Below, in pieces: positions 46,438 through 57,182 of a stretch of DNA of 64,000 nucleotides. This DNA comes from an uncultured bacterium. Lineage in GTDB: Bacteria > Actinomycetota > Acidimicrobiia > Spongiisociales > UBA5794. How positions within the stretch are numbered: position 1 is the first letter of the stretch; every line of letters begins with the position of its first letter. The DNA is taken from positions 814,637 to 878,636 of the forward strand of contig CAWDDT010000004.1 in the NCBI GenBank assembly GCA_963801165.1, given 5' to 3'. The position numbers and the translations under genes were made by a program. A model generated the notes under the pieces. The model saw only the letters and a list, made by a program, of their open reading frames with translations, searched no databases and had not been told where the DNA came from.

Positions 46438-46779
46438 CTACAGCTCCAGTACCAGCCGTAGCCCGGCAGCGACCTCGGACATGGTCTCGGCGCCAAGGAC
46501 AGAGACCTTCTGTGCGAGGGTGCGTCTGTCGAGGGTGATGATCTGCGACACGTTGACGACTGAGTCTTTCGGGAGCCGGGACGCTCGCTTGGAGAGCGCT
46601 ACGTTGCCCGGTGCCGCGGCCAGACGTTGGTTCGACGTGATCACGGCGGCAACGATCGTGTTGATGCGGCTGGCGTTGAACGAGTCGGCTTGTACCACGA
46701 GGACCGGTCGGCGTTTTGCCGGGGTCGAGCCGGTGGGATCTCCGAGATCTGCCCAGTAGATCTCTCCGCGCCTGATCAC
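46438..46779 (-). CDS. mazF: PemK/MazF family endoribonuclease toxin
   Basis: RRGEIYWADL..P.GS.PAKRRPVLVVQ, LPKDSVVNVSQI.TLD. Confidence 0.92.
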   Translation of the reverse strand: MIRRGEIYWADLGDPTGSTPAKRRPVLVVQADSFNASRINTIVAAVITSNQRLAAAPGNVALSKRASRLPKDSVVNVSQIITLDRRTLAQKVSVLGAETMSEVAAGLRLVLEL

Positions 46780-47012
46780 CAGTCGTCCCCGGCAACGGCG
46801 AGTCTCTGCGCTGCGGCCAGGTCCCGGTCGAGGGAGGAATCCGTTGCTTCGTATACCTCATCGAGGGCTGCGGTGACGTGAGACGGGGCGTGATCCTCGA
46901 CGTATTTTGAGAGGGCGCGGGCGTACAGCTGGCTTCGGGGAATCCCGAGCCGCTGCGCCAGGTCGTCGGCACGCCGGAACAGATCATCGGGCAGCGAGAT
47001 GGCGGTCTTCAC
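46776..47012 (-). CDS. RHH antitoxin (MazE-like)
   Basis: MKTAISLPDDLF..AD.LA..LG..RSQLY; overlaps the toxin start. Confidence 0.88.
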   Translation of the reverse strand: MKTAISLPDDLFRRADDLAQRLGIPRSQLYARALSKYVEDHAPSHVTAALDEVYEATDSSLDRDLAAAQRLAVAGDDW

Positions 47013-47020
47013 GGAATCAA

Positions 47021-47065
47021 GTATAACTCTGGTCATACCAGCCAAGGTAACCGATGCGAGTGACA
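47021..47065 (-). promoter_or_regulatory. Antitoxin operator (GTATGAC-N4-GTTATAC) and upstream TGTCAC-N10-TACCTT motif
   Basis: Imperfect palindrome at 47021-47038; PafBC-like motif at 47044-47065. Confidence 0.55.
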
Positions 47066-47080
47066 CAATCCGGGCGGCAG

Positions 47081-47368
47081 CTAACAGAGCAGTTCGGCGG
47101 GTCGACAGGTCACCTCAGCCGGCCCGACGTCGAGGGTCGCCGATGCACCCGGCCGGTGCCGGTACCGTTCTACTAGGACGCCGTCGACCAGCCTGTAGAT
47201 GATGATCGCGGGTCCGTCGGGGTCGATGATCCAGTAGCGCTCGAGCCCGGCGGCTGCGTACCTGGCGGCCTTGCGGATGATGTCCCGAGCAGGATCCGAC
47301 GACAGGATCTCGACGACCAGGTGAGGTACGGCGGTGTAGCGGATCTCATGTCCGTTGTCGTCGAAGAC
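47081..47368 (-). pseudogene. Uma2 5'-truncated remnant (copy 5)
   Basis: [37 protein letters not shown]...YWIIDP...PAELLC*; lacks the N-terminus and the PD motif. Confidence 0.85.
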
Positions 47369-47512
47369 AATGGGATGGGCCCAAGAGCCGTCGAGGCCGC
47401 TTGCAGCCGTCAGGCCGTCGATCTGCGCTACGGTCAGCGCCCATGTTGTCGGAGACTCGTCTCCCGTGAGATCGCCACGGCCCCGGATCCGCGTACCAGT
47501 CCGCTCGAGTCC

Positions 47513-48136
47513 TTACTCGGGTCGGAGTTGCCACGGCTCGTGCTCGTGTGTAAGCCAGACCCGGACGGGATCGAGGGCGCGCACCAGCCGTTGGCCGTCG
47601 GTGCTCGGCTCGTCGAGCTCCCCGAACCACACTGCGACATCACCACCGACGACGACCGGGCGCCCACCAGTGTCGACGACGACGATCTGCGTGCCGCGTG
47701 TGTGGCCCGGTGCTGGGACGAGGCGGACCCCGGGGAGCAGCTCGAGTTCGCCGTCGACCGGGATGTACTGCACGCCGCGCGCATCGACCCATTCACGGAT
47801 GGTGTACCCCTCCTCGCTGTGCGCGTCGTCGAGCTCCCTACGCTGGACGTAGATCGGCTTGCCGGTGAAGAGGTGGTTGCCGCCGCAATGGTCGAAGTGA
47901 AGGTGCGTGTTGACAACGAGGTCGACGCTGCCGAGATCGAAGTCCTGCTGGCTCAGCGGACGGATACGGGGATCAAGGTCGGCCACAGCCGGGTGCAGTT
48001 CCGTGAGGCCGGTGTCGACGAGCACGCGAGCGTCGGGATGATCGATGATGTGCACGTAGATGGGTAGCCGCTCGCTCTCTGCCAGCAGGTCGCCGACGAA
48101 GATCGGTGTGACGGTGATCGAGGCGGGAGCGTTCAT
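47513..48136 (-). CDS. MBL-fold metallo-hydrolase, AHL-lactonase-like
   Basis: LVDTG, THLHFDHCGG, PGHTRG, GGD, TH motifs. Confidence 0.88.
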   Translation of the reverse strand: MNAPASITVTPIFVGDLLAESERLPIYVHIIDHPDARVLVDTGLTELHPAVADLDPRIRPLSQQDFDLGSVDLVVNTHLHFDHCGGNHLFTGKPIYVQRRELDDAHSEEGYTIREWVDARGVQYIPVDGELELLPGVRLVPAPGHTRGTQIVVVDTGGRPVVVGGDVAVWFGELDEPSTDGQRLVRALDPVRVWLTHEHEPWQLRPE

Positions 48137-48247
48137 GGTGTCTCGGCCACCGCATTCGCAACGTGACGCACGATGGCCTCGTTTGCGTGTTCGTGGCTGG
48201 AGTGTGGGTTAGTGGTCATCGGAGGATGGGAGCCTCTGCGTTTCGGG

Positions 48248-48786
48248 TCAGTTGAGTAGCTCTGCGGGGTGGAAGCTGACCTGTGTCGGTCCGACGTCGA
48301 GTGTCACTGACGTGCCCGGGCCGTGACGCCCCTTCTCGACGAGGACGCCGTTGGTGAGCTGGTATACGATGACCTCGGGTCCGTCGGGGTCGATGATCCA
48401 GTAGCGCTGGAGCCCGGCGGCTGCGTATTTGGCGGCTTGCGGATGATGTCCCGCGCCGGGTCAGATGACAGGATCTCGACCACGAGGTGTGGTGTCCCCG
48501 AATGGCGGGTCTGCTCGGGGGAGTCGTCGTGGACCGTCACATCGGGTACGAACTCGTCGTTGCCGGGTTTCCATCCCCAGCCCTCGACGACACGTGCCGG
48601 AGCGGTTAATGCCGTCTTCAGAATGATGGCGAGATTGAGCGATATGTCCTGGTGTCGATGGGTAGGTGACGGGCTCATGACGAGACTCCCGTCGATGTAT
48701 TCGCCACGCACATTGGGGCTGAGTGCTGCGTATTCGTCCCAGGACATGGGGATACGGTCGCCGGGCTGCATGGTCTCGGTAGCCAT
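48248..48786 (-). CDS. Uma2 family endonuclease, copy 6 (1-nt deletion near 48437)
   Basis: 539 nt; same termini as the other copies. Confidence 0.88.
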
Positions 48787-48949
48787 GTCATACACAATAG
48801 ACCTCCCTCGTCCCCCGCGGCGGGGCCTCTCGAGCATCATCCCTGCCAAGGGAAACTGCGCTCGGTGGCCCCTCCACGGCGGAGCCTCGCGATGATGATG
48901 ACGCAGGGCTGTGATACGCCGCGTGGCCTATAGACCGGGGGTCGTCTTT

Positions 48950-48996
48950 CCTCTCCCTTTGGGAGAGGACGCGAGCGAAGCGAAGCAGGTGAGGGC
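48950..48996 (+). repeat. Single REP-like palindrome
   Basis: CCTCTCCCTTTGGGAGAGG..CGAGCGAAGCGA..GGTGAGGG. Confidence 0.85.
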
Positions 48997-49174
48997 ATCA
49001 GCACTGGCCACCAGGAGGAGAATGACCCGGACAAAAGAGGCCGACAACCCGGCAGGGAGGAGCCGGCCATCGCCCCGGCGAGTCTCCCCGGCGTAGGGGC
49101 CCGGACCGGAAATGGCTGCCAGGCCCTCTTGCGTCGGCCATGATGCCGGCAACTTCGGGGATGGAGAGGGAGAG

Positions 49175-49714
49175 ATGGGCCAGCAAGCAGGCACGATCGT
49201 TTGGCGACGCCGCGACGACGATGCGACGCACCAACAGAGGATGCAGCGCTTCTGGATGTTCTATGCGGCGCCGGTGGCGCTGCTCATCGTAATTGTGGCC
49301 GTCCTGGCCGACGTTGGCGTCGCCGCCGGATTGCTGATTCTGCTCGGCGCGATCGGGGCGCTGCTGTTCGTGTGGATCTGGCTGGATGGGCGCAACAAGC
49401 GTGTCAACCCGACGGTAACCCTCGAAGCGGGGGAGCTCTGCTGGGCCGAGCGCCGGGTTCCGGTGGATCAGGTCAGCCGGTTCAGCACCTACAAGGACTC
49501 GGCCTCCATGGAAGTGGGTGGGAGCAGCGTGGGATCCTCGGTGACCGCTTCGACAGCTCTCGGTGTCGCTCTCTTTCTGCTGGTTGATGGGAGCGAGGTC
49601 AAGTTCACCTGGGCTTCTCTCGACGACCAGCAACTGGACGAGTTGCGCACGGCGCTCGAAGAGGTGCTCCCCGGTCGTTGGCGGCCACTCGACACGTTGC
49701 GTCAATCCGACTGA
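49175..49714 (+). CDS. Hypothetical membrane protein (2 TM plus soluble domain)
   Basis: GAGGGAG RBS, hydrophobic hairpin, plausible codon usage. Confidence 0.65.
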   Translation: MGQQAGTIVWRRRDDDATHQQRMQRFWMFYAAPVALLIVIVAVLADVGVAAGLLILLGAIGALLFVWIWLDGRNKRVNPTVTLEAGELCWAERRVPVDQVSRFSTYKDSASMEVGGSSVGSSVTASTALGVALFLLVDGSEVKFTWASLDDQQLDELRTALEEVLPGRWRPLDTLRQSD

Positions 49715-49910
49715 GGGCTTCGCCCGCTCGGTAGGTGGCGCTCGTCGAAGGTGGCGATGTCGACGACGTCGAGGTGTGCCGCCAGTGTCACCAGGCGAGG
49801 ACGGTCGCATGAACGCGACTTTGGGACATTGCCCGTACGGAGTGGACGGGGTGTCCAACTTGTCGTTCGGTGAAGAGTCGTGATCCCACATGTAGCGGAG
49901 GCGAACGGAT

Positions 49911-50327
49911 CTATGCGAGTTCGCTAATGACCGTTATGCCGGGCGCGCCCAGGAATACCCGGTCATGGGTCACGAGGGGGAGATCCAATACCACGGCAGT
50001 TGCCGCGATCCACAAATCGGCCATGTGCGTCTTGCCGGCGAGAGCGTGGCCGTCCGTCCGAGCGTCGGCACGTAATGTGGCCCAGCTATGAGCAAGCTGA
50101 TCGTACGGCGGGATCTGAGCCGCCTTTGCGATTTGCCTCTCCATCGCGTTGACACGATCCGGACTCCAAGAAGCAAGAAGTGCCCCGAACCTCATCTCCG
50201 CAACTGTTTGAAAGGAAACGACCAATCTTCGACCTGATAGGTGCTTGTCGTACTGGCGGGCAAGGGCATGGTTTGATAGCACGGCCGAGAAGACGTTGGT
50301 GTCTACCACGACGGCGGGTGCTTTCAT
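49911..50327 (-). CDS. PIN-domain (VapC-like) ribonuclease
   Basis: VVDTNVFS, TVAE, ADLWIAATA...LPLVTHD..F. Confidence 0.9.
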   Translation of the reverse strand: MKAPAVVVDTNVFSAVLSNHALARQYDKHLSGRRLVVSFQTVAEMRFGALLASWSPDRVNAMERQIAKAAQIPPYDQLAHSWATLRADARTDGHALAGKTHMADLWIAATAVVLDLPLVTHDRVFLGAPGITVISELA

Positions 50328-51220
50328 TCGAAACCGAGCGCCTTGCGGAATGTGGTTCCTTCCTCCTCGGTGAGATCGTCTATGGCGAGATCGGCGATCG
50401 ACCCGATCGGTACTGTTGCGTTCAAGGCCCGGTCCGGGTCGAAAGCCCAGAAGGACTCGTCCCCGGGTGCTGTCTGCGTCTCTACGTGTTCAACGGCAAG
50501 GCCGGTGATCCTGCCGCCGCTGTCACGCTCGATCTCGCCGCTGAGCGCGACCGTGCTTCGCACGAGATGATCGAGCCGGGTGGCGATGGCGCTCCCGGGT
50601 TCGACGTGGCAGTTGATGGCGTGGCCCGTGTTGTCTTCGAGCGTGTACGTGCCGGTCTTGGCATTCAGCGCGTAGAGCTCACCCTCGATCGTGCCCCGCT
50701 CAGGAAGCACGGTCGGCTGGGGCAAAAGTGGCGGAACGGCCACGGCGGATGGGCGCAACGATGTTGTCTTCCTCTGGCCATGATGCTCTAGCGTCCACTC
50801 GAGGCTGTCGTATCGTGCGGTCGCGTCGACGATGGAGCGCAGCTCGTCCCTGATCGGCTCGGTGTAGGACTCCGGGAGTGGTTGTCCCAGAGCAATCGCT
50901 TCCAGGGCCTCGGAGATCAGCTCGAGTGCCTGGAGTCCGCTATCAGATTCCACCTCGCCGGGTAGATCTAATTCCGGAGCCCACGCCGGAGCTTCGATCT
51001 CCAATACGGCGCTACCGGGGTGGATGCCGACCGCAACCAGGTCGGTGACGCGGTCGAGGTAGCTGGGCGGCCGTCCCGGCCCACCCTTCCCTGCGACGGC
51101 CCTGCCGAGCTTGCGCACCAGCTCTTGAGCATGGCCGGCGACCTTCGCCAGATCATCAAGGGGGATGGCGCCGTCGACTCCGCCGCTGAGACGAAGCTCA
51201 ACACGAGCCCGCGGTTCCAT
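50324..51220 (-). CDS. Hypothetical ~300-aa protein translationally coupled to the PIN gene (start uncertain)
   Basis: Long ORF with ATGA overlap; acidic C-terminal helix IDDLTEEEGTTFRKALG. Confidence 0.7.
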   Translation of the reverse strand: MEPRARVELRLSGGVDGAIPLDDLAKVAGHAQELVRKLGRAVAGKGGPGRPPSYLDRVTDLVAVGIHPGSAVLEIEAPAWAPELDLPGEVESDSGLQALELISEALEAIALGQPLPESYTEPIRDELRSIVDATARYDSLEWTLEHHGQRKTTSLRPSAVAVPPLLPQPTVLPERGTIEGELYALNAKTGTYTLEDNTGHAINCHVEPGSAIATRLDHLVRSTVALSGEIERDSGGRITGLAVEHVETQTAPGDESFWAFDPDRALNATVPIGSIADLAIDDLTEEEGTTFRKALGFE

Positions 51221-51514
51221 GTGGTTGGCGATGGCCGGTCCTTTCTGCGCTCTGCTGAGAATACCCATGATGACATTGTCAGCGTCGCCGGTGACAGATT
51301 CGCAGCGTGCCCACAATCTCGGCCTGATTCGATTCCGCCCTGTATTCGTCATTGCCTTGCGAGCGCCTTCCGGGAGGCTCACGACGAGAGCGTGTTGCCC
51401 CCGAGTCGACACTCACTGACCTTCGGCCGCCGCTGACCGGCGCTGGCCTACGCGGATTTCTGCAGTTCGGCACTGTCAATTACCGTCGGGATCTACCGGA
51501 CGTAGGAGGGACTG

Positions 51515-53585
51515 ATGCGCTCACGAGGCCTGGTGGTGGTGTTCACCGTGACAGCTGCCTTGATGGCGGTGCCTGCCGGTGCTCATGCAGATCTCACCTT
51601 CAACGGCACCATCGAGGGCCGGGTGACCCTGTGGGGGTCGGGTGAGCCGGTCGAGGGGGCCGAAGTGCGTGGCGTGTATGAACACGGTGCGGTGGACACG
51701 ACCACCGACGCCGACGGCTACTACCGGCTCGAGACCCTGGAATCCGGCACATACAACGTCACCTTCCGCATCGGGTCCAGCGATCCGTTCTGGTATTACC
51801 CGGGCACCTACGAGTGGTCCGAGGCGACGGACCTGACGATCATCAACGACGAGGTGTACACCGGGATCGACGGCATGGTGCAGGAGGTAGGCACCATGAT
51901 CGGCAGGGTCACCGACGACACTACCGGTGATCCGGTTGCCGGGATGTGTGCCGATGTCTACGACACTGCGAAAACCGTCGTGGGTACGGCTGTCTCCAAT
52001 GCCGACGGATGGTTGCTGTACCCGGGGATAACGGTTGGTACGAGCGACCAGTGGTTGGCGAGCGCAGCCCGCCTGTACGACTGCAGCGACCTCGGGTACA
52101 TCGACGAGTGGTATCGCAACGTCCCCCCTCAGCTCTCCGGTGGCCACAATGTCGTCGAGTACCTGAGCGAGCAGGGGCGCTTTGACGCTGCGGTGGGTGC
52201 GCCGGCTGCGATAGGGGGAACCGTGACCGACGCAGGCGACACACCTCTGGCGGGCATCTGTGTCTCCCTCAACTATTCCAACAGCGTCCTGGCGACGACG
52301 ACGTCTGACGACGCCGGCTACTACGAATTCCTCGGCCTGACCGCTGGAGATCACTACAGCCTCGACCTCGAAGACTGCGGTTCCCCGATGGTGTACATGA
52401 CGTTGGATCGTGTACCGGTGGCTGCGATCAGCGGCGCCACGAGCTACTACAACCACGTGTTGGAACCAACCGCTTCGATCAACGGCACGGTCACCGATGC
52501 ATCGACCGGACTTCCGCTCGAAGGTATCTGCGTGCTCGCCACCGCCGACCTCCATGCAGGTGCGCAGTTCGGGACGACGTCTACCGATGCCTCCGGCTTC
52601 TACTCCCTGGCGGTGCCGGCTGTCGTCGAACACCAGTATGTGCATGCCTATTGGTGTGGGGGCTCACCGGCGCTATATGCAAATCTCTGGTGGGACGATG
52701 TCACCACATATGAAGAGGCGACCGATCTCCAAGTTGGTGATGGCGAGCACCGCACCGGTGTCGACTTTGCACTACCGGACAAGGCGACGACGGAGAACTG
52801 GCTGACGGTATCTGTGGATGACCTGCTGGGTCGTTCGCTGGAGGACGTGTGCGTTGCGGTCTCCGGCGACGCCGCGGCGGAGGGGAAGACCGGAACGGAC
52901 GGCACGGTGGTGCTGGCGCTGGCTGGCGGCGACTACACGGTGACGGCAGGTGTCGCCGGGACGGGTTGTGTCGCCGGGTATGAGGAGGCGAACGGAGTCG
53001 GTCTCGGTCGCCGGGCCTACGAGCGTATCGATCACGCTGGCGCTACCGGTGGAGTTCACCGACACACAGGACAGCGTGTTCGCCGCCGACATCGACTGGC
53101 TTGCCGGCGCCGGGGTCACCAAGGGGTGCAATCCGCCGCTCAACACCGAGTTCTGCGCCGACCAGGTGGTGACGAGGGGTCAGATGGCGGCGTTCCTGGC
53201 CCGGGCGCTCAGCCTGACCGACCGGCTGGATGACCCGTTCATAGATGACGATGGTTCGGTGTTCGAGGCGGACATCGAGAAGCTGGCCGCCGCCGGGATC
53301 ACGAGGGGCTGCAACCCGCCGGTGAACGACATGTTCTGCCCCGATGAGGCGGTGACGAGGGGTCAGATGGCGGCGTTCCTGGTGCGTGCCCTCGGCTACA
53401 CCGAAGCCGGTGACGGCGACCTGTTCATAGACGACGACGGCTCGGTGTTCGAGGATGCAATCGATCGTCTTGCCACTGCTGGTGTCACTAGGGGCTGTAA
53501 CCCGCCGGTGAACGACATGTTCTGCCCGAACGATGTGGTGACCAGGGGCCAGATGGCGGCGTTCCTGCACCGGGCGTTGGGGTGA
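51515..53585 (+). CDS. Secreted protein with carboxypeptidase-regulatory-like repeats and 3 SLH-like domains (frameshift ~52990)
   Basis: Signal peptide, repeated I.G.VTD..G.PL.GICV...TD..G.Y; GCNPP SLH repeats in ORF 52950..53585. Confidence 0.82.
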
Positions 53586-53609
53586 GCGTCACCCGGCATG
53601 TCTGTTGGC

Positions 53610-54271
53610 TCAGGCGGGCTCGATGATCTCGGACTCGGCCGGTATCCCGGCGGTGACGACGTGGCCGTCTGCCACTCGCCGGTAGCTGCGGAACGTGATC
53701 GGGATGCCGTGGGCGGTTTCCCACCGGGTTGAGTCGGTCACCTGGAGATGGACGTGTGGCTGGGTGCTGTTCCCCGAGTTGCCGCACTCTGCGACCTGTT
53801 CGCCCACTGTTACCTCGTCACCGGGCTGCACCCGCACCGTGCCCCGGTACAGGTGAACCAGCCAGACGTATGGGCCGTCGGGTCCGAGGGCGATGGCGAC
53901 ACAGTTGCCCGCGATTGCAGGCAGGCCCCGGCGCATCCGTCGTGGCTGTCCGAATGCGTAGGGGATGAGGGCGAGTTGGGATCTGCGGGCTACATGGTCG
54001 GGCTCTCCGTCGTGGATGGCTGCGACCGTCCCTGAGGAGGCGCCAGGATGGCCTTGCCGAAGGCCACGAACGTTTCGGGTTGCTCGGTGGCAAGCAGGCT
54101 GCGCCATCCCCGCGGTGCCGACCGGCCGTGGTCGTCGACGGCGATGAAGTCGATGGCGTAGGTGACCCCGAAGCGATGGGTGCCGTGGCTGGGTATCCGC
54201 CGCGCAGGACTGTTGCGGGCCAGCCACCGACCCCGGAACGGCAGATCGAGCAAGACTTCCCCGTCGGTCAC
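53610..54271 (-). CDS. M23 family peptidase (frameshift ~54030)
   Basis: LPFRGRW, H...YAIDF, GN.V.I, HL..G.V.V..G, CGNSGNSTQPHVHLQ; GGAGG RBS plus GTG. Confidence 0.82.
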
Positions 54272-54304
54272 GGCACCTCCTTCCAAAACCGACCGCTCGC
54301 AGTG

Positions 54305-54371
54305 GGGCTCATGACCAACGCCCATCGGCGTATTCGCCGCGGTCGCCGGGTTGCATGGTCTCGGTTGCCAT
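54305..54371 (-). pseudogene. Internally deleted Uma2 5' remnant with its promoter (copy 7)
   Basis: [16 protein letters not shown] followed by the LVMSP-coding DNA; conserved TATCGTGTATGACATG upstream. Confidence 0.8.
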
Positions 54372-54450
54372 GTCATACACGATAAGCCTCCTTGCCGTCG
54401 TGTGGAGTGGCCTCACCTACCGGAGCGCCCCAGTTGTCGATCCGGCTCGG

Positions 54451-54990
54451 TCAGTCGAGGAGATCTGCCGGATCGAAGGTGACTTGGGCAGGGCCGATGT
54501 CGAGGGTCGCCTCGGTGCCCGGACCGTGTCTGCCTTGTTCGACGAGGATTCCGCCGACGAGCTTGTAGACGATGATCTCGGGTCCGTCGGGGTCGATGAT
54601 CCAGTAGCGCTCCAGCCCGGCATCAGCGTATTTGGCGGCTTTGCGGATGATGTCCCGAGCCGGGTCCGAGGACAGGATCTCGACGACGAGGTGTGGTGTC
54701 CCCGCATAGCGGGTCTGTTCAGCGGTGTCGTCGTGGACCGTCACATCGGGTACGAACTCGTCGTTGCCGGGTTTCCATCCCCAGCCCTCGACGACACGTG
54801 CCGGAGCGGCCAGTGCCGTCTTCAGGATGATGGCGAGATTGAGCGAGATGTCCTGGTGCCGATGGGTCGGTGAGGGACTCATGACGAGATTTCCGTCGAT
54901 GTACTCGCCGCGGACGTCGGGGCCGAGCGCTTCGTACTCGTCCCAGGACATGGGGATGCGGTCCCCGGGCTGCATGGTCTCTGTTGCCAT
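54451..54990 (-). CDS. Uma2 family endonuclease, copy 8
   Basis: Intact 179 aa; core nearly identical to copy 6. Confidence 0.92.
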   Translation of the reverse strand: MATETMQPGDRIPMSWDEYEALGPDVRGEYIDGNLVMSPSPTHRHQDISLNLAIILKTALAAPARVVEGWGWKPGNDEFVPDVTVHDDTAEQTRYAGTPHLVVEILSSDPARDIIRKAAKYADAGLERYWIIDPDGPEIIVYKLVGGILVEQGRHGPGTEATLDIGPAQVTFDPADLLD

Positions 54991-55316
54991 GTCATGCACG
55001 ATATACCTCCTTGCCGTCCGGTGCGGTGGCCTCACGGGACCACGATCGCGATAAGGGTGTGACAGGTTCGGGCGCTCGAGTCCGGCGGGCCAAGATGCTG
55101 CCGCCGGGTCCGCATCGGCGGAGCGCTGGGCGTCGTTGGCTGCCCGGGCAGAGTCGAGCACGGATCAGGTGGCGGTAGGGACGCTGCTCGACGAGTTCGC
55201 TTCCCGATCCAAGATTTGGCGACGTCTTGTCGACGAATCGCAACGACGTGAGATCGAATCGATTCTGGATCGCACCACTACCGAGATCGATCAGGTACTA
55301 GTAGTAGGAGAACACG

Positions 55317-55593
55317 ATGGATGATTTCGGCAAGCTTGCGGGACGGGAGAGTGAAGCAAGGCTCATCGCCCGTCGCCAGTGGTTCTGGCTGCACCTGGCG
55401 GTCTATCTCACTGTGCAGGTGTTTCTGATCATCGTGTGGATCGCTCGGTTCGACTACATACCCCTGGTTCATCTTCCCGCTGTTCGGCTGGGGGACTCTG
55501 GTGGCGGCACATGCCGTGTTCGCCTTCGTGGTGCGGACCCGGAGCAGATCATGCTCGAACGTGAGGGCCAGGAGCGGGAGCTGAGGTGGATGA
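55317..55593 (+). CDS. 2TM domain protein (frameshifted)
   Basis: F.LHLAVYL.V..FL..VW followed by the out-of-frame PWFIFPLFGWG...HA motif. Confidence 0.6.
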
Positions 55594-56420
55594 ATTGGCT
55601 GCTCCGTGCCCACACGGACGGCCGCGCCTACACCACACTGGCGTATCTGCTTGTTTCCCTGCCGCTTGGGATCGTCGGGTTCGTGGTTGTGGTGACCGGT
55701 CTGTCGTTGGGGATCGGCCTGCTGGTCACGGTGGCAGGGATCCCGGTGCTGGTGGCGACAATGCTGTTCGCACTGGCATTTGCTTCACTGAGCCGGCGGC
55801 TCGCCTGGTCGCTGCTCGATGCGCCGATGCCTAACCTGGCCGAGCGGAGGCCGGGGTCCGAAGGTGTGTTCTGGCGGCGGCTGCTGGATCTAGGTAGCCG
55901 GCCCCGCACCGTGGCGTGCGATTGGGTTCGCCATCCTCGCCCTGCCGCTCGGTGTCGTTGGGTTTGCGATTGCGGCGAGCATTCTCTGGGTGATAGTGGC
56001 GCCGTTCGTCTATTTGCTTCTCGTGTCGGTCGGCGTGTCGATCGAGTTCGCTTCGTGGACTGTCGACACCGCCGTCGAGGCGATGCTCTTTGTTCCGATG
56101 AGCGTCCTGTTCATACTGGTTGGTCCTCGACTGCATTCTTGGCTTTGGAACTGTCATGGGCCGAGTGGTGACTGCCTTGATCGGTGTGATCGAGCCCGCC
56201 GAGATCAAGCAAGGAGTAGTCGACGTTCTTGCCCGCAGCGGCGAGGCGGACGGCTTCGCCATCTACGACGGCCTTCGCATGCGTTTCGGGCGTGGACCTT
56301 TCGTCTCACCGCTCAACGTTGAGGCGACGCTGCTAGCCTAGAAGGCGCCGGCAGGATCGAGCGTATCGCCAACGGGGGCCTCACTTCTTACCGTCTCGCC
56401 TCGCCGATCTGCGACCTGGT
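55590..56420 (+). CDS. Putative sensor-domain membrane protein with C-terminal wHTH-like segment (several frameshifts)
   Basis: YLLVSLPLGIVGF...GL.LGIGLL...GIPVL; pieces in ORFs 55990..56322 and 56120..56341. Confidence 0.55.
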
Positions 56421-56490
56421 TGATTGGCAGGGGATCGGCACTGACGTAATCATGTCCGCTGTTTGCGGAGGGCCGGCACTACCCGCTGGC

Positions 56491-56892
56491 TCAGACCGAC
56501 ACCAGTTGTAGTGGCAGGATCCGGGCCATGTCGGCGAAGTCCCGGTCGGCGGCGAGCAGCTCGGCTCCGGTGCGGATAGCGATGTTGGCGATCATGCAGT
56601 CGATGAGGCCTCGGGGCGTGACACCCCCGGTGCGGCAGGCTCGGTACACCTTGGCGGCGCCGACGAAGTCGGCAACGGGGTCGGCGCCGAGCCACTGGAA
56701 CGACTTGAGCAGTCGCTCGAGCTCGGAATGCCGGGTGTCGTCTTTCGCGCCGGCGAGGACCTCCATCAGGACGGGTTCAGTGACGGCGAGGGCGGTACCG
56801 CCCGCGGTGATGAGCGATGTCATCGCCCGATCTGTGGCCGAGCCGGTGGCACGGTCGTATTCCACCCACGCTGACGTGTCGGCGAGTATCAC
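56491..56892 (-). CDS. vapC: VapC PIN toxin
   Basis: MILADTSAWVEYDR, EVLAGA, IDCMIA, DRDF. Confidence 0.92.
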   Translation of the reverse strand: MILADTSAWVEYDRATGSATDRAMTSLITAGGTALAVTEPVLMEVLAGAKDDTRHSELERLLKSFQWLGADPVADFVGAAKVYRACRTGGVTPRGLIDCMIANIAIRTGAELLAADRDFADMARILPLQLVSV

Positions 56893-57083
56893 GGGCGTTG
56901 ATCATCAGGGATGGTGCCGATGGCGTGGGCTCCCCGCATGTCGAGAGCCTCTGCGATCGTCATCGGTTTCCCGGCGAGGTGACGCAGCGCAAGATCCACG
57001 GCTTCACGCTTGGTGTGGACCCCGTAGCGTCTCATGATCGCCGCGACGAGTTCTTCGTCGAGGTCGATATTGGTTCGTGCCAT
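56889..57083 (-). CDS. vapB: VapB antitoxin (DUF2191-like)
   Basis: MARTNIDLDEELV...YG..TKREAVDLALR; TACACC direct repeats upstream. Confidence 0.9.
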   Translation of the reverse strand: MARTNIDLDEELVAAIMRRYGVHTKREAVDLALRHLAGKPMTIAEALDMRGAHAIGTIPDDQRP

Positions 57084-57182
57084 GGAGCCACCATACACCA
57101 TATATACACCTTACACACCTAGTTGGTTGCGACGGTTTGGCGACCCTGGTGATCTTGGCATCGGCTTCGTCGGGGGTGCGGC

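Noticed and set aside
55120-55324. Short ORF upstream of the 2TM gene
   Set aside because: Possibly the 3' remnant of a regulator truncated near the Uma2 copy 8 leader, but no start or diagnostic motif supports a call.
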